From Camelus dromedarius (Eukaryota): a stretch of DNA of 64,000 bases. The position numbers and the translations under genes are program-made. Shown here piece after piece: positions 1 to 13,100 of this stretch. The stretch covers positions 83,330,001 to 83,394,000 of the forward strand of contig NC_087436.1 of the NCBI RefSeq assembly GCF_036321535.1, in the 5' to 3' direction. The notes under the pieces were generated by a model that saw nothing but the letters and a program-made list of their open reading frames with translations, ran no database searches and was not told where the DNA came from. Positions within the stretch are counted from its first letter, which is position 1, and each line of letters begins with the position of its first letter.

Positions 1-7
1 AAGTCAT

Positions 8-1405
8 CTTATCAGCCAGGAGTTTTTAATTTCAAGTGACAGAGATCCAGTTCAAACAGTCTTAAACAGACAAGGGAACTATCAGGCTGTATAGAGTTGA
101 TTCTTATCATTCGTGGTAAGTAAGTTCTATGAAGTTGCTGTGAACCCAAATTAGTAAAGACTGAGCCATTGCTCCCAGGGAACCACGGGGTTAGTTAGCT
201 TCCTGTCAAAAGCCTCCATCAACAGATCAATACATAACCTTGTTTTGTGTGTGCTTAAGTGTGTTGCTGTTTAGATTCCTTATTTGATATTTATTTCTTA
301 CAAATGATTAATTCTGTACAATATTTCTTTGTAATAAAACACTAGTCAGGAAGCATTTTTAGCATTTTCCTGACCCTGGCTAATGTGATGGTAAATTTCT
401 TTGGCTTTCAGCCTTACAACGTAATGTCCACTCCATGCTGTAATCAGTCATCAGTCCCGAATCCACAGATTCAGTTGCTCTTCCGTCTTTTCTGTAGCTT
501 CATTATGAGCTCACTGTAGCTGTTACTTTGGCACTTTCCAGTGGCCCCATGTACAGATCAGTGAATTTCCTCTTTTTTCGTTAGCATTGATCTCACAGCC
601 AACAGCGCTGGAACTTAGGCATGAATGAAGCTCATTAATCACATGTGTTTTCTTTGCAAGGCACATCACGGCCTTCTTGTACTTAGGAACACTAGACAGT
701 ACTTCAGCGTTATGCTTGGGGGCCATTTTAAACAGTGAAATCACCACCAAAAAATGTGAAAGAATGAAAAATATGGTCATAAGCAGATGAAAAAAGAGCA
801 CTTGCTTACAGTATGCGAGTTGAAACAAGAAGGTAGAACATTGTCTTGTTTGACTCCAGCTGGGACATGCACACAGGGTGGCTCAAATTTTTCACCTCTT
901 TTCACACTCTTGCACATTCTTCTGGGAATGACTGCAGAAATACTCTGAGCATTGATTTTGAGGTTACAAATCAATTTCAGTGAGTAGGCAAACTCACTAG
1001 GATGGGATAATGAAACTCAAGTATACTCAAGAAGGTGGTGGTGCTGGCTCCAGGTAAGAGAAGATCCAAGGCTCAATCAGTGTCCCTGAGACCCTTGCTG
1101 TCTCTTGTCTTTGAACCTCTCTGGCTGGTAGCTTCATAATGTGTTACAGGTATCCTCTGTGGCAGGGGAGGTAGCTTCCAGCAGCTTTAGTTACCCTTTA
1201 GAGGCAAAAGGCAGGCTTCTATCAGTGCTGAATGGAACTTAATGGGGAAGAACTCTGGCCACTTGGGTGCGTGAACCTATCCCTGCACCAATCACAATGG
1301 CTTAGGGGTGGCCTTTGATTGGCTTGGCCAGGGGTAGAGTTTGTTCCCAGATAAAGAGGGACTTGGGGAGAGAGATTAGAAGACAAAAAAAACAGTCAAT
1401 AACAC
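8..1405 (-). mobile_element. Old MaLR (MLT1-like) LTR, split by a Tigger insertion (pieces about 8-91 and 1025-1405)
   Basis: Starts like the MLT1 terminus (tcagccagga...caagtgacaga...tcaaacagtcttaa). Resumes with the MLT1-typical cctatccctgcaccaatcacaatggc...tgattggc. A similar element lies at 11791. Confidence 0.55.
92..1024 (-). mobile_element. TcMar-Tigger DNA transposon fossil (MER82-like) with transposase N-terminal remnant
   Basis: Decayed terminal inverted repeats (gagttgattcttatcattc / gataatgaaactcaag) flanked by TA; ORF 523-828 contains MAPKHNAEVLSSVPKYKKAVMCLAKK, a Tigger helix-turn-helix-like start. Confidence 0.75.
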
Positions 1406-1680
1406 CCTTGAGGAAGTTATTTTAAACTAACCTTCATTCTTCAGAAAGGATGCACCACATTAGTTATGGCTTTCTTTTACATTAAGTGCGTTTCAGTCAT
1501 GGCCTCTCTCCCCGCTCCACCCCCATTTTAATGGATGAATAGTGTTCCATTGTTTTTTTATTGATGAGTACTATCCAGGTTGATGGACATTTGGGTTGTT
1601 GCCATTTTTGTTTAGTATAATAAAACTACTGTGAGCATTGTTTATAGAGCTTTGTGTATGTAGGTGTGCAATTGTAGCTT

Positions 1681-2284
1681 TTTTTTTTTTTTATTAAAGT
1701 GTAGTCAGTTTACAGTATTGTCTCAGTTCTGGTGTACAGCATAATGTTTCCGTCATACATACATATATTCATTTTCCTATTGTTTTTCATTATAGGCTAC
1801 CAAAAGGTATTGAATATAGTTTCCTGTACTGTACAGTAGAAACTTGTTGTTTATCTATTTTATATATAGTAGTTAGTATCTGCAAATCTTGAACTCCCAA
1901 TTTATCCCTTCCCAACCTCGGTAACCATAAGTTTGTTCGTTTTTTATGTCTGTGAGTCTGTTTCTGTTTTGTAGGTAAGTTCACTTGTCTTTTTTTTTTT
2001 TTTTAGATTCCACACATGAGTGATATCATATGGAATTTTTCTTTCTCTTTCTGGCTTCACTTAGAATGACGATCCCCAGGTCCATCCATGTTGCTGCAAA
2101 TGACATTATTTTATTCTTTTTTATGGCTGAGTAGTATTCCATTGCATAAATATACCACAACTTCTTTATCCATTCATCTGTCGATGGACATTTAGGTTAT
2201 TTCCTTGTCTTGACTATTGTGTATAGTGTTGCTATGAACATTGAGGTGCATGTATCTTTTCTAATTAGAGTTCCCTCTGGATAT
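1681..2284 (-). mobile_element. 5'-truncated L1 3' end (artiodactyl/camelid type) with TSD
   Basis: Poly-T, then L1 3'UTR and ORF2-end motifs (tccatccatgttgctgcaaatg; ttatggctgagtagtattccattg); TSD caattgtagctt / caatcatagctt. Confidence 0.85.
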
Positions 2285-2524
2285 CAATCATAGCTTCTTG
2301 ATACCATATTTCTAAACACACTGTACTTGGCTGGTTAAGGGGATGGCTTAATGGTACAGCTGCCTAATCTGATTCGTTATCTCTTAATTCTGACTACTTT
2401 CACTCTCAGGGGCAGCTTTATTTTCAAGTTTCTAAGATATCCAGTGTTGTGTGCTGACTACAGTTTAGTCATTCTACACATTTTTGTGTGTGTTCTTGCT
2501 CCTGTAGGTGACATGGAAATCTGT

Positions 2525-2785
2525 GGGTGGCAGTGTAGCCCAGCGGGGAGTGTGGACGTTGGCAGCAGGCCTGGATTCATAGCCAGGTGCTGTTCCTTCC
2601 AGCTTTGTGACCTTGGGCATGCTTCTTAATCTCTCTGAGCCTTGCTTTATCTGAAAATGATGCCAAAAATAGTACTGAGGGCACAGGGTTGTTGTGAAGA
2701 TGAAATGAGATAATGATATAACATGCCTATTAACACAGTGACTGTGGCACGATAAGCGCTGTGATACTGTTCATAGCATTATTGA
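2525..2785 (+). mobile_element. MIR SINE
   Basis: Core gctttgtgaccttgggca...ttaatctctctgagcct...gggttgttgtgaagatgaaatgagataat. Confidence 0.8.
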
Positions 2786-3139
2786 TAGGAGAGATAAGAC
2801 CAACAGCAGTTGAGCAAATTGAGAAAATTAAATTGACTAGATTATGTGATCTTGCTGCTCTTTTTAAATGTCTATCCTCCCTCCCCCTGCCCGCCCCACA
2901 CCCAGTTTGCATTTTCTCTCCTTCCCTCCTTCCAGTCATTGCATTTAACTCAAAGAATAACATTTAAGCTGAATATTTTATTTTAGTTTTAGAATCTACC
3001 TTGGAATAAAAACCAGAAGCAGAACTTTCTGATTAAGACAGTAAATTGACATTCAGCTTTATATTTTACTTTGGGCCTTCTTATGCCTTTCCTGAAAGAT
3101 TCCAGGGTTCAAAGAGTTGATCAGATAGTATTTATCATA

Positions 3140-3485
3140 GGTAGTCAAGTAGCATTCCATTGTTTGGAAACACCACACTTTATTTCCTCAATTGATGGGC
3201 ATTTGAGTTATTTCTGCTTTTTGGTATTATAAACAATGCTGCTGTGAACATTCATATATGTTTTTTGTGGACATGTGTTTATAATTCTCTTGGGTATACT
3301 ATACACATAGGCGTGAAACTGCTGGATCCCAAGGTAACTGTGTTTAGCCTTTTGAGGAACTGTCAGTCTGTTTTCCTTTTTCATTCCCACCAGCAGTGTA
3401 AGCTCCAGTTTCTCCACATCCTCCCCAGCACTTGTTATTATCTGTTTTTTCTGACTGTAACCATCCTAGTGGGTGTAAACTGGTA
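3140..3485 (-). mobile_element. Old L1M 3' fragment
   Basis: cattcccaccagcagtg...tctccacatcctccccagcacttg motifs; minus ORF 3208-3417 resembles the ORF2 C-terminus. Confidence 0.75.
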
Positions 3486-4363
3486 GAGCGAGATGAACTT
3501 TTGTTTTAGTATGAAAGAGAAGGATGAAATTTTAAACGATAGTGAAACTTTGGTCTAGAGTCAGCCATAATCAATCAGCCAAAAGTCTATTGAGCACCTG
3601 CTAAATCAAAGAGGTATAGGTTGTGCTGTGGTCTCCGTCTAAGGCAATTAAAATCTGGCTAAGGAGTTAAGTTATAAGAGACAGAGAAAGTTTCCGGTAA
3701 AGGCAATATAGTAGATGTGTCAGATGGATTCAGGCTGACTGTGGCTGGAATGGTCCCCAGAGGCTCTCAGGTAGAAAGTGAAGCTTGACTCAGGTCCCAA
3801 AGGATGTGTAAGAGGAAATGGCAGAGAAGATAACATTTTCTTTCCATTCCTCTGTTTTGAGTGGTGAATTACTACTATGCATGCTAACAATAGGCTACCT
3901 AGAGAAGTTAATTAGTTCAAGAATTTTTAAAAAATTGGGCATAAAATTAAAAGGAAAGGTGCAAGGAGAAAGGACAAGGTGAAATCATGAGAATAATTTC
4001 AAAACAGTGATCACCATAATGGTCTGCAAAGATTGTTTCAACAAGTCTCCCATTCTTAGAATTCTTCATCAATGATCTGAAAACCACATTCTGCGTTCAC
4101 TGTTCCTTTAGACAAACAAAATTTGTTTAGAAATGATTTTTAAATTCCTACTAAAGCACAAAACAGCATTATTATTGCAACTACTTTCAGCAATATCAGT
4201 ATGTTTTATTTTGAGATACAAGGTATCTGAGGAATATTAAGGAGAAAGTTATTTTCTGAATTCATTACATTTACTCCTTAAAGTGATTTTTTTCTGATTT
4301 TTCCCCCCACCCTTTTTTACCAAGCTCTCTCTAGGCTACATGACTCCCTGAAGGACCAGAACA

Positions 4364-4589
4364 ATGTTATGTTGGGGATATTGGTCTCTGGGCCAACCTG
4401 GGATCAGCACCAACCTGCAGGGGATTGTGGCCGAGCCACAGGTGTGTGGCTTCATATCCGACAGAAGCGTCAAGGAGGTGGCCTGTGGAGGAAACCACTC
4501 CGTGTTCCTCCTGGAGGATGGGGAAGTTTACACGTGTGGTTTGAACACCAAGGGGCAGCTGGGCCACGAGAGGGAAGGAAACAAGCCAG
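4364..4589 (+). CDS. HERC3: HERC3 coding exon 1 (226 nt; exon probably starts at 4335 in the 5'UTR)
   Basis: [13 protein letters not shown]...[12 protein letters not shown]; acceptor ctctag at 4334 after a pyrimidine tract; donor CAG|gtgagt at 4590. Confidence 0.97.
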
Positions 4590-7112
4590 GTGAGTGCACC
4601 TTGTCGGCCTTGATGAGACGTGAGACAGGCTGAGGACCAGGAGGGCTGGTCCAAGGTTTCCTCACCAACTGGTGATCTTTCAGGGAGGCTCTCCTTTTGG
4701 TGAGAAGTGACGAGGTTGGGTCTGCAATTGTGACCGTGTAGATTTTGTTACACTAGCGTGGACATGTGCTGCTTTCTTTGTTACTGTCTTTTTTAGTTCA
4801 ATCTGAATCAAATTAAGATATAGGACCTTCATTAAAGAAGAGCCTTGCTGTTTCTTTTTTTTCTGGATGATTTTACTCTATTATATTCACTTAGGAAACT
4901 CAATTTGGTACCAGGATGAGTATTTTTCCCCCCTGTGACTGCCTGCCTCTTTTCTCATATTTGTTCCCTCGCATAACATGTGGCTGTATTCCATAGTTCC
5001 CCTGCCCAAACGGCAATATTAATTTTGTATATTTAATTATTAATTTTTATATTGACCCTTGGATAAAGGGCTGCCTGGCTGGTCTTGAGGATAAATTGTG
5101 AAGTATTATTTGTGGGCTGTTTCCCCATTCTTTGCCTCCAGGTTTCCTCATTGGAGCCTCTCTAAGATACCCCATCAGGCCTGCCTACCTGGAGCAATAC
5201 CCAGTATTCTAGCCAGGGGCTCCTAATCTGTGGGCCCTGGACTTTGGGGATTTCAAGGAAGGGCTTTGTAGCGTGGGCTGTACGTATGTGCAGCTTTAAA
5301 TGTACAGTGCACCTGATACCACCTGTTTTCAAATGTAAGTAGATCCTAAAATAAAAATTCAATTAACAGTGCCACCAGTTTATAAACTGAGTTAGTAAAT
5401 CCTAATCATCATGCGTTTAACCAATTAATATACACAAGTATAGTAGTTATGGGGGTGGCAGGAAGGTTTTTGGCTTTTAAAAATGATTTTCATGTTGGAA
5501 ACAAGGTCTTCTTTCTCCTCCTCCTATTAAAACTCACGTGTGTCTTACGTGAAGCTCCCACGCTTGCTGTGCTTCCCCAGGTGAGCCCCGGTATCTAACA
5601 CCTGCTGCCTGCAGGGGGGTTGCTGGCAGGTTCCAGCCCATCAGTGTGCTCCTTCCTGGGGGAATGTCTACATTTAAGATCCACTTTAAGAGACACTTAA
5701 GGCCCACATTTCACCTGACCCTTGGAGGACTTGTACCCACCCTGGCCAGCCTTTGAAGGGAGTGTTTTGGGGACGAGGAGGAGATCTGTCTGGTACTCCT
5801 GCAGAGACAACATGGCAGGGTGAGCTCTGGAGTCAGACAAACCTAGTGGAGGTGTTACCTGTCTCTGACTCTGTATTTCTGGGCCTCCGTTCCTTTCCTG
5901 TAAAAGAAGCCTTCTTGCTGACCTGTAGCTCTTGATGAAGTAGATTCAAATGGTAAAGAGGTCTCCACAAAGTTACCTATAGCTGCAAAGGCCGCCATCC
6001 TCCACCCCCCAACCCCGGTCCTGTCTTCTCTGTGACTCCGCCTTCTGTCGGACAGCCTCCTGCCATGTCCCACTGCGCACCTTCATCCTGGACCCTGGGG
6101 TGAGAGGATTCCACCTGGGGTGGACAGGTGAAAAAGGAAATAAAACCTCACAGGCCAGCGACAGCAAGGATCTGTGGATGGCACCACGGTGAATGCATCT
6201 GAGTGTAATCTGACATTCTCCCAGGGAGCCTCCTGCCACAGCCCTGGGGGGGTGCTGGTGGTGGGCGGTTCCTGGGCCCCTGGGAGTGAGTGAGCAGTGG
6301 CGAAGCAGTCAGTTGGCTTCTGCCCGCACACGGCCAGCCTGCAGCCGCTCCCTGTAGGCAGAGCTGCGTGATTGCAAGAGACTGGAGCTAGAGGTGTGCC
6401 AAGAGGCTTTCAGATTCAACCACGGAATCCAGCCCATGCTTGTAATCTATATTTGGAATAAGCAAGACTCTAGTGTAAATTACAATGGATTCCAGAAATT
6501 TCTGTTGCTGGTTAAGTTCGTCTGTTAATTATAAACTCCATAGCAGCTGTGAAATAGTGCCTCTTTGAATGAAAAGATTATGTGGGTGGGTGCCTCCCTC
6601 TCTTTAATTTTTTCATTGGTAGATGTGTTCTAAGTCTGGGTACCATTGGGTTTATTTTTAATCAGTGGGAAAAAGAGAATGAGCTTGTGTTGTGTGTGTG
6701 TTTATTGAGAACTGTGACCTGGAGTGCTGCTAGGCACAGAGGGGAAGCCAGTGACAGAGGGACCCTGTGTTGGGCGGTCTGTGCTGCCCTGGCCCCCAGG
6801 AACGCCATCCCCAGGGAACCCCTGCGGTCTTGGGGGAGGGAGCTCGCTAGAAGGCCGCCTCCCCAGGGAGCCTGCTCTGGGGGCAGTGGGTAGGTCTTTG
6901 ATTCCAGGTCAACATCATTGCCCAGGCCAAAGGATTTCACGGGAGGGAGGATTAAAAAAAAGTGAGGGGTAGGAAAGGTGGGAGAAGGTGGTGACGTTGG
7001 GGATGTGCCAGGACTAAACTCTTCAGTTTGAACTTGTGCCTTGAGTCTGGCCAGCTGGCTGTGAAATGTCAGTTTCTATACTTTGTCTCTAACAGCTGCA
7101 AGGTACTTGAAT

Positions 7113-7144
<32 letters not shown>

Positions 7145-10100
7145 CGGGAGGACTCCTGTACTTGCCACAGAGCAGTGGTATAAAGCCCTTCACAGTGATT
7201 TAAAGGGTTTATTTTTTTCCTCCTTGAGATCACCTAATAGTTTCCTGTTGCTTTTGCGGCTTCTGAGGCTGCTGTGCCTTCCTTGGACTCTGACTTCTTT
7301 GCTTCTCCACGCTGCCCTTATGTGACCAATGTTGTGCCTGTCTCTGTGTGGCTCGGGGAGGGTGTTTTGAGGGCATAGCAGGTACTGAAACTCCTGGTTG
7401 TGCTGGCCCTGATGTTTTCCCAGTGTGTCAGGCAGCTTAGGGTTCTAGCTTAGGTGTGTCCATGACTCATTCATTTGGGCTTCAGCCAAAGGCAAAGAGG
7501 CCTGTGATTCCCAGAAGCATTTTTAGTGGGCAGAATATCAGAGCCCTTTCTAAACTCAATGTCTAGCTTTTTTTAAAAAAAGTGTTGGATTATTACTGTT
7601 GTGCATACTCCTTTCCCAGAGGACTTTTTTCTCCTTCATTTTCACCCTCAGTTGTGGTATCAACCTTGTCTCCTCCCCTAGATCAGGGATAGTTTCAGTG
7701 CTTAGGACAATCTAGGATCATTACTAATTTCCTCATGTCTTGGCCCATGAAGTCATCTCACAATTTCCCAAGACGTACGGTTACAGAGCTGCATTACAGG
7801 AAGATGGGTGTGCCTCCTTGTTTTTTTTTAAATAAAGCCAGCAAACAGCAAGTTTTCTTCTAAATGATGCTTTTTAAAAAACAACTGATAAATCTATAAC
7901 TGAACGTTAATCAAATCTTGAAATATTTTATTAAATTAAAATAGAAACTGGTCACCCATAGAAAAACATTCAATAATTTTACCTCAGTTTACCATGCTTT
8001 GCTTACTCCTGCCCATCCTCAGTGTCAACACTACTCTTCAGCTGTACGGACAGCTCTCCTTTTCCCATACATACTCTGACTCCCTATATTGGGATTTTAG
8101 CATCAGCTAATCCTTGTGTTATCAGGGATGTCTGAATTTATGTAAACCTCCTCTAACCTTTCTTCCTGTCTTGAGTAGGCGAGAACTGTGGTAGGTGCAA
8201 TTACTTAATCTCATTTGACTATGTTAAATTTTAAAAATTCTGCATGGACATCCCAGGAAACCTTTCCATAGCAAACCCCACGGGTAACCATTTATAAACA
8301 GACTTTTAACATTTCTGTGCCACGCTGTTTGATTCATATCTGTGGTTGGTTCCTTTTACCTCCTCCTGAGTTAGTTTCTCTCTTTTTTGCAGGTAATTTA
8401 ACCCAATTCACATTCACACTTTGTATTCAATCTAGGCATTTCCATAATGCCCATCACCATATGTAACAGCTCTCCCGCCGCTTGATAAATGAGGTTTATA
8501 AAGCGGAACACCTCAAAAGCCTCAATTCCCAGGGCTGTGGATGCTGCTAACCCTGGTAGAAGAAACACTCTTAACTAGCTTATCAGGTTGTTCTCGGGCA
8601 TCTGAAGGACGCAGTAACTCTGCCATGTTAATCAGCTTTTGCCGAAAAGCAAACTAGCTGAGCTGAAGGAAAGGGAAGAAACGCTGTAATGACTTCCTCA
8701 CTTTGAGGTGCATGTTTCCATGGCCGTAACTCTGATATAAGAGGCAGAAGGTGCCAAAGCAAATGCTCAGATGTCAACATCGCACTTGTTAGGGGCCCAT
8801 CCCTTCCTCATTAGGGAGGCTGCACGGCTTTTTTTTTTTTTTTTTTTTTTTTTTAGGGAGAGGGAGATAATTAGGTTTATTTATTAGTTTTTTTTTTTTT
8901 TAAATCAAGGTACTGGGGATTGAACCCAGGACCTTGTGCATGCTAAGTACGCACTCCGCCACTGAGCTATGGCCTCCCCTCCAGCACAGCCCTTTCTGAT
9001 GACGATGATGACAGTAGTAATCAGACCCCATGGGGTGTGTTGTTGCTTTGATAGCTCAGTGGACAGCCTTCTGGTCCAGAGGCCTAGGGATCCGGAGCAA
9101 ATGCCATTTAATAATTTTATTTTCTGGTATGGCTAATTGAAAGTTACTTTTTTCAGCCTATAGTACTCAGCCTACTTTCTTTAAAGACATTTGAATGTTT
9201 TAGAAAATATATCCTTGTTAGTGAGCATGTTCTTCACTGAGATGTTTTTGTTTTAAAAATTTGCAGTTTACTTGTAAGTAATTAACACAGTGGTTTGCAT
9301 TGTGATACAAGGGTCTCAGTTGATTTGTTAATTGTAAAAGTGGTTAACTATATATATTACAAGCTCTTTGCGTCTCGATGTGCTTAGCATTTTTAAGCTG
9401 ATTAATCCTCATGATAGTCCTGTTAAAGTAGGTCAGAATTATTATCCCACATATATGTAAAGGAGAAGAGGAAAGAAAGTTGAGTTTGAGTCTTGGGTAC
9501 TGACAGACAGTTTGGTTTTAAGAATCCTAGAATTTTGTCCACGGACATCTTTTTAACTTCAGGCTGGTTGGGAAAGCTCAATAGAGTTTTATTTTCAAGC
9601 TGTTTTTTTGTTTACATTTAATTTCCACTCAGTCCTTATAAAAGAAACAAAAAAGATGTAAACTTGGCCTCCAAGTAGCTTGTATTCTTTAATTTACCTG
9701 TTAAAGACTACATATGATCGAAGTGCTTTGATTAAAAGTACAGAGAGACAATCTCTTTCCTCTTTAAAATCATTAGATGACTGTTTGTCAGCCTGTTCTT
9801 TTATGCTCCTTAGAGTGCCGGATAATCTGGGGAGAAAGAACACATGATAATTCACATCTCGGGAGGATACGTTTTGCCTCGCAATTTACTCTTGTTGTTC
9901 CTTTATTTCCTTGAATTATTTGCGTCTTATTCAGTGATTGATTCAGCAGATATTTACGAAGTGATTAGACTACTGGATTCCTCATTTGTTCTAGATGCTG
10001 TCAGAACACCACATGTTTAGCACAGAGCTACCCTCTGGGAGTTTATAGGGAATAAGGCATATTCCTGTGAAGATTACATAATGCCGTTCGCCATGTGCCC

Positions 10101-13100
10101 AGCAAGAGATAAAGGTCCTAAGTGTGTCAGAATGAGGATTATAATGAAGAGTTAGGTCTATGTCAGCTCACCAACAGTGCTGACTTTTGATTTCTCAGAA
10201 TGTCATCTTTTCCACCCACATACATATAAAGTTCAAGTTTATCTTAAGTTTGTGAGCTTGCAGGAGGAGTGAACTCTAGAAATTCAGAGAAGGGGCAGCT
10301 TTGGTGATGATGTCAGTGCTGCAGGGATGTTCCATGATTTTAGTAAGTCCACCCTTGAATTTTTGTGTTGCAGTCTGAATTTCATAGTTTGGTGGCTTTG
10401 ATGAACTCTTGTCTAGCTTGGTGATCTGTGATCTTGATAGGTCTAGGATAAGTAAAGTGTTTCTAAATTTATCAGTCTGAATGGGGTATGTGTAGTCAGC
10501 TGCTACTTCATAGTGATTCAGGAGCTACGGAAATGTTTGTCTTTCTGAGTACACGCCCTTTGACAGCATGTAATGTTGAAATATGGGGTAACTCTCCGCA
10601 ACAGATACGGTCTCATATCCTTTCAGGCTTCAAATCATTTTTTTCTCTCACTATTCAGACATGTTTTGCAGTTTCTATTTTATGTAGTTATTAAATAACT
10701 CATAGCAACTGGAATCGTTATTGTAAATGATTTTAATTTAGAGTGTTAACTAATTATGTAGGCAGTGCAATGAATAAGAGCATGGACTCTGGAGCCAGAC
10801 TTATAGTTTGGAATCCTGGCTCTGCCACTCACTGGCTGTGTGACTCTGGGAAAGTTGCTTAACCTCTCTGTATGTCAGTTCTCTTAATTGTAAAATGTGG
10901 ATAATGTTAATATCTACCTATTAGGGTTGTTAGAGGATTTAGAAAGTTGTATGTCGGGTGTTTGGAATAATGCCTGGCCCAAAGTAAGCACTAAATTAGT
11001 GCTAGCTATTATTACTAGTAGTGGTAGTAGTAATTTGTCTTAACACCTTCCATTACAACTTTTTATTCTACTATTCCAGCATATTAACAAATAGATAAAT
11101 TCATTACATATATATTGTATTTATACATAGATAAATAATTGAGTTAATCATCTTTATAGGTTCCCTTAACGCTGCAGGATCTGATGAGTGGTATATACCT
11201 CCAGGGGAGGAAGATGATGTAAGCTAGGGTCGTTAAGAGAGACTTCACACATTATGCTTATTTTTGTATTTTGAATTTTAGAGGACCGTCTGTTTTCTAT
11301 TTTTTGGTCCTTTACCTTATTGGTCCCAAGAAAAGTACCTTGCATATATTGGGAACTCTGTAAAAATGGATTATCCATATATGGACATGCATACATTTAT
11401 CTTATCTCAACACCGTGGTTAACACTGCCTCAGCATTCTGGTCCAAAATTGCAAAGATAAGGGAAGCAAATGAGGCCGCTGGGGATGTTATGGCACACAA
11501 AGGGCTATTTTGTGATGCTCCTAGAAGATTTGGCAACACTTGGCCAGGTGACTTGATCTCGCCACAGGTTCGAAATTAGACTGCAATCCATTGATGCTTG
11601 AGCCCCACTGAGCTCTGTGGGCAGTTACTTTAGGCTTCCGTTTAGCTTTGATAGGGGTGGATCTTTGGACAGGGATATACATGACCTGAAAGAAGGTAAG
11701 TGGTCTCCTTCCTGCATTCTGCACTTGCCTAAGAAGAGATCATTTTGGAATCTGAACCTGTCTGATCCTTTTTTTTTTTTTAAATGGGCCTGTATAAGTC
11801 AGGATGCTTTCAGCTGCAAGTAACAGAATACTAAACTAAATGTGGCATGAACAACAAGTAAAATATCTGATCTCACATTGAAAGTCCATAGAGAGATGTT
11901 TCTAGGATTGGTTAAGTCAAGGGCATACTGACACCGTCAAGTACCTGGGTGCTTCCCGTCTTTCTATTCTGCCATCTTCAGTTTGTTGACTTTCTTCCTT
12001 GGGCTTGTCCCCTCATGGTCACCAGGTGCCTGTCGCAGCTCCAGGCATCACATCTTCACTGTGTTCAAAGGCAAACAAGAAGGGGAGTTACTTGCATCAC
12101 CTTTCAAAATGGGGCAGATCTTTCCCAGGAACTCCTAACATCTTCTTTACTCTCATTGGCCAGGCCTGGGTTACATGCTTACCCTAGACCAGTCACTGGC
12201 ATGCCTGATTAGTGAAATAAGAATCATCTGATTGGCATAGTCAGGACTCATCTCCTGGGCCTCAGGAGGGGCCCAGCGGCCCTGAGGGTTCTGGTGCAAG
12301 GAAGCAGTGGGTGATAGCTGACCGGCAAGCAAAGCATGGTGTCTGATTTCATACTGTGTGCAAACTTGTGTCTTTGACACCCTAAAGTGAAACCACGAGT
12401 CTATATTTTGCTCCATATTATGATCAGTGGTTCCTTTTACGAAGTCAACACCTTCGCGTCTGCTTTTAGAACAAAACTAATGGTTGTCGTCATGAGGCAA
12501 TGCTTTCTCTGTAGTGTTTATTATATGATATATGATGTGGAATAGTGTATTTCTTAAGAGTTACTCTCTTACCTTTATATCTTAGAGATAAGCATAATGT
12601 GGTAGGCACATAGTGTAGGAAATGTGTTAAATAAAATGTCTTGTGGGTTTTATTATTTTGTTAATTTGCCATGTTCTATATGAGCCCTGGGAAATTGCTG
12701 CGGGCTCAGCCAACAAAGATTAGAGTGATCTGTGTTTAAAGAAAATCGTTGGATTTTAAGGATGAAGGATAAAAGAGTGACTTGACTGGTAAAGATTTCC
12801 ATTTATTAGGCTTCACAGAACTAAAAGTGGATTTGGTGCCACACAGCAGAACAACTTCAAAGGGAGCTGTAGTAGACTCAGCCACTTCAGCTCAGTAAAC
12901 CTTACCAATTTTACCCATTTTTAGAAAGATGGCAAAGATTTTGAAAGTGGTCTGAGAACATTTTCTTTAACAAGTAGTATCACCTGGTCCATGAAGCAGG
13001 CATTCATATATTAGTGATCCCTCCTCATTTAATTGTCAAACTAATTAAAATCACGAAATGAAACAGACTTTAAAGTACACACTTTAGGATGCCTCCCATC

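Noticed and set aside
523..828. Domesticated Tigger (TIGD-like) gene
   Set aside because: Only about 50 aa of the N-terminal region, no DDE domain, frame decays
2480..2515. Second AG|GT motif (cctgtag|gtgaca)
   Set aside because: Poor donor consensus and abuts a MIR; no further support
4167..4222. Possible small 5'UTR exon ending AAG|gtatct
   Set aside because: Weak acceptor and donor; cannot be supported without transcripts
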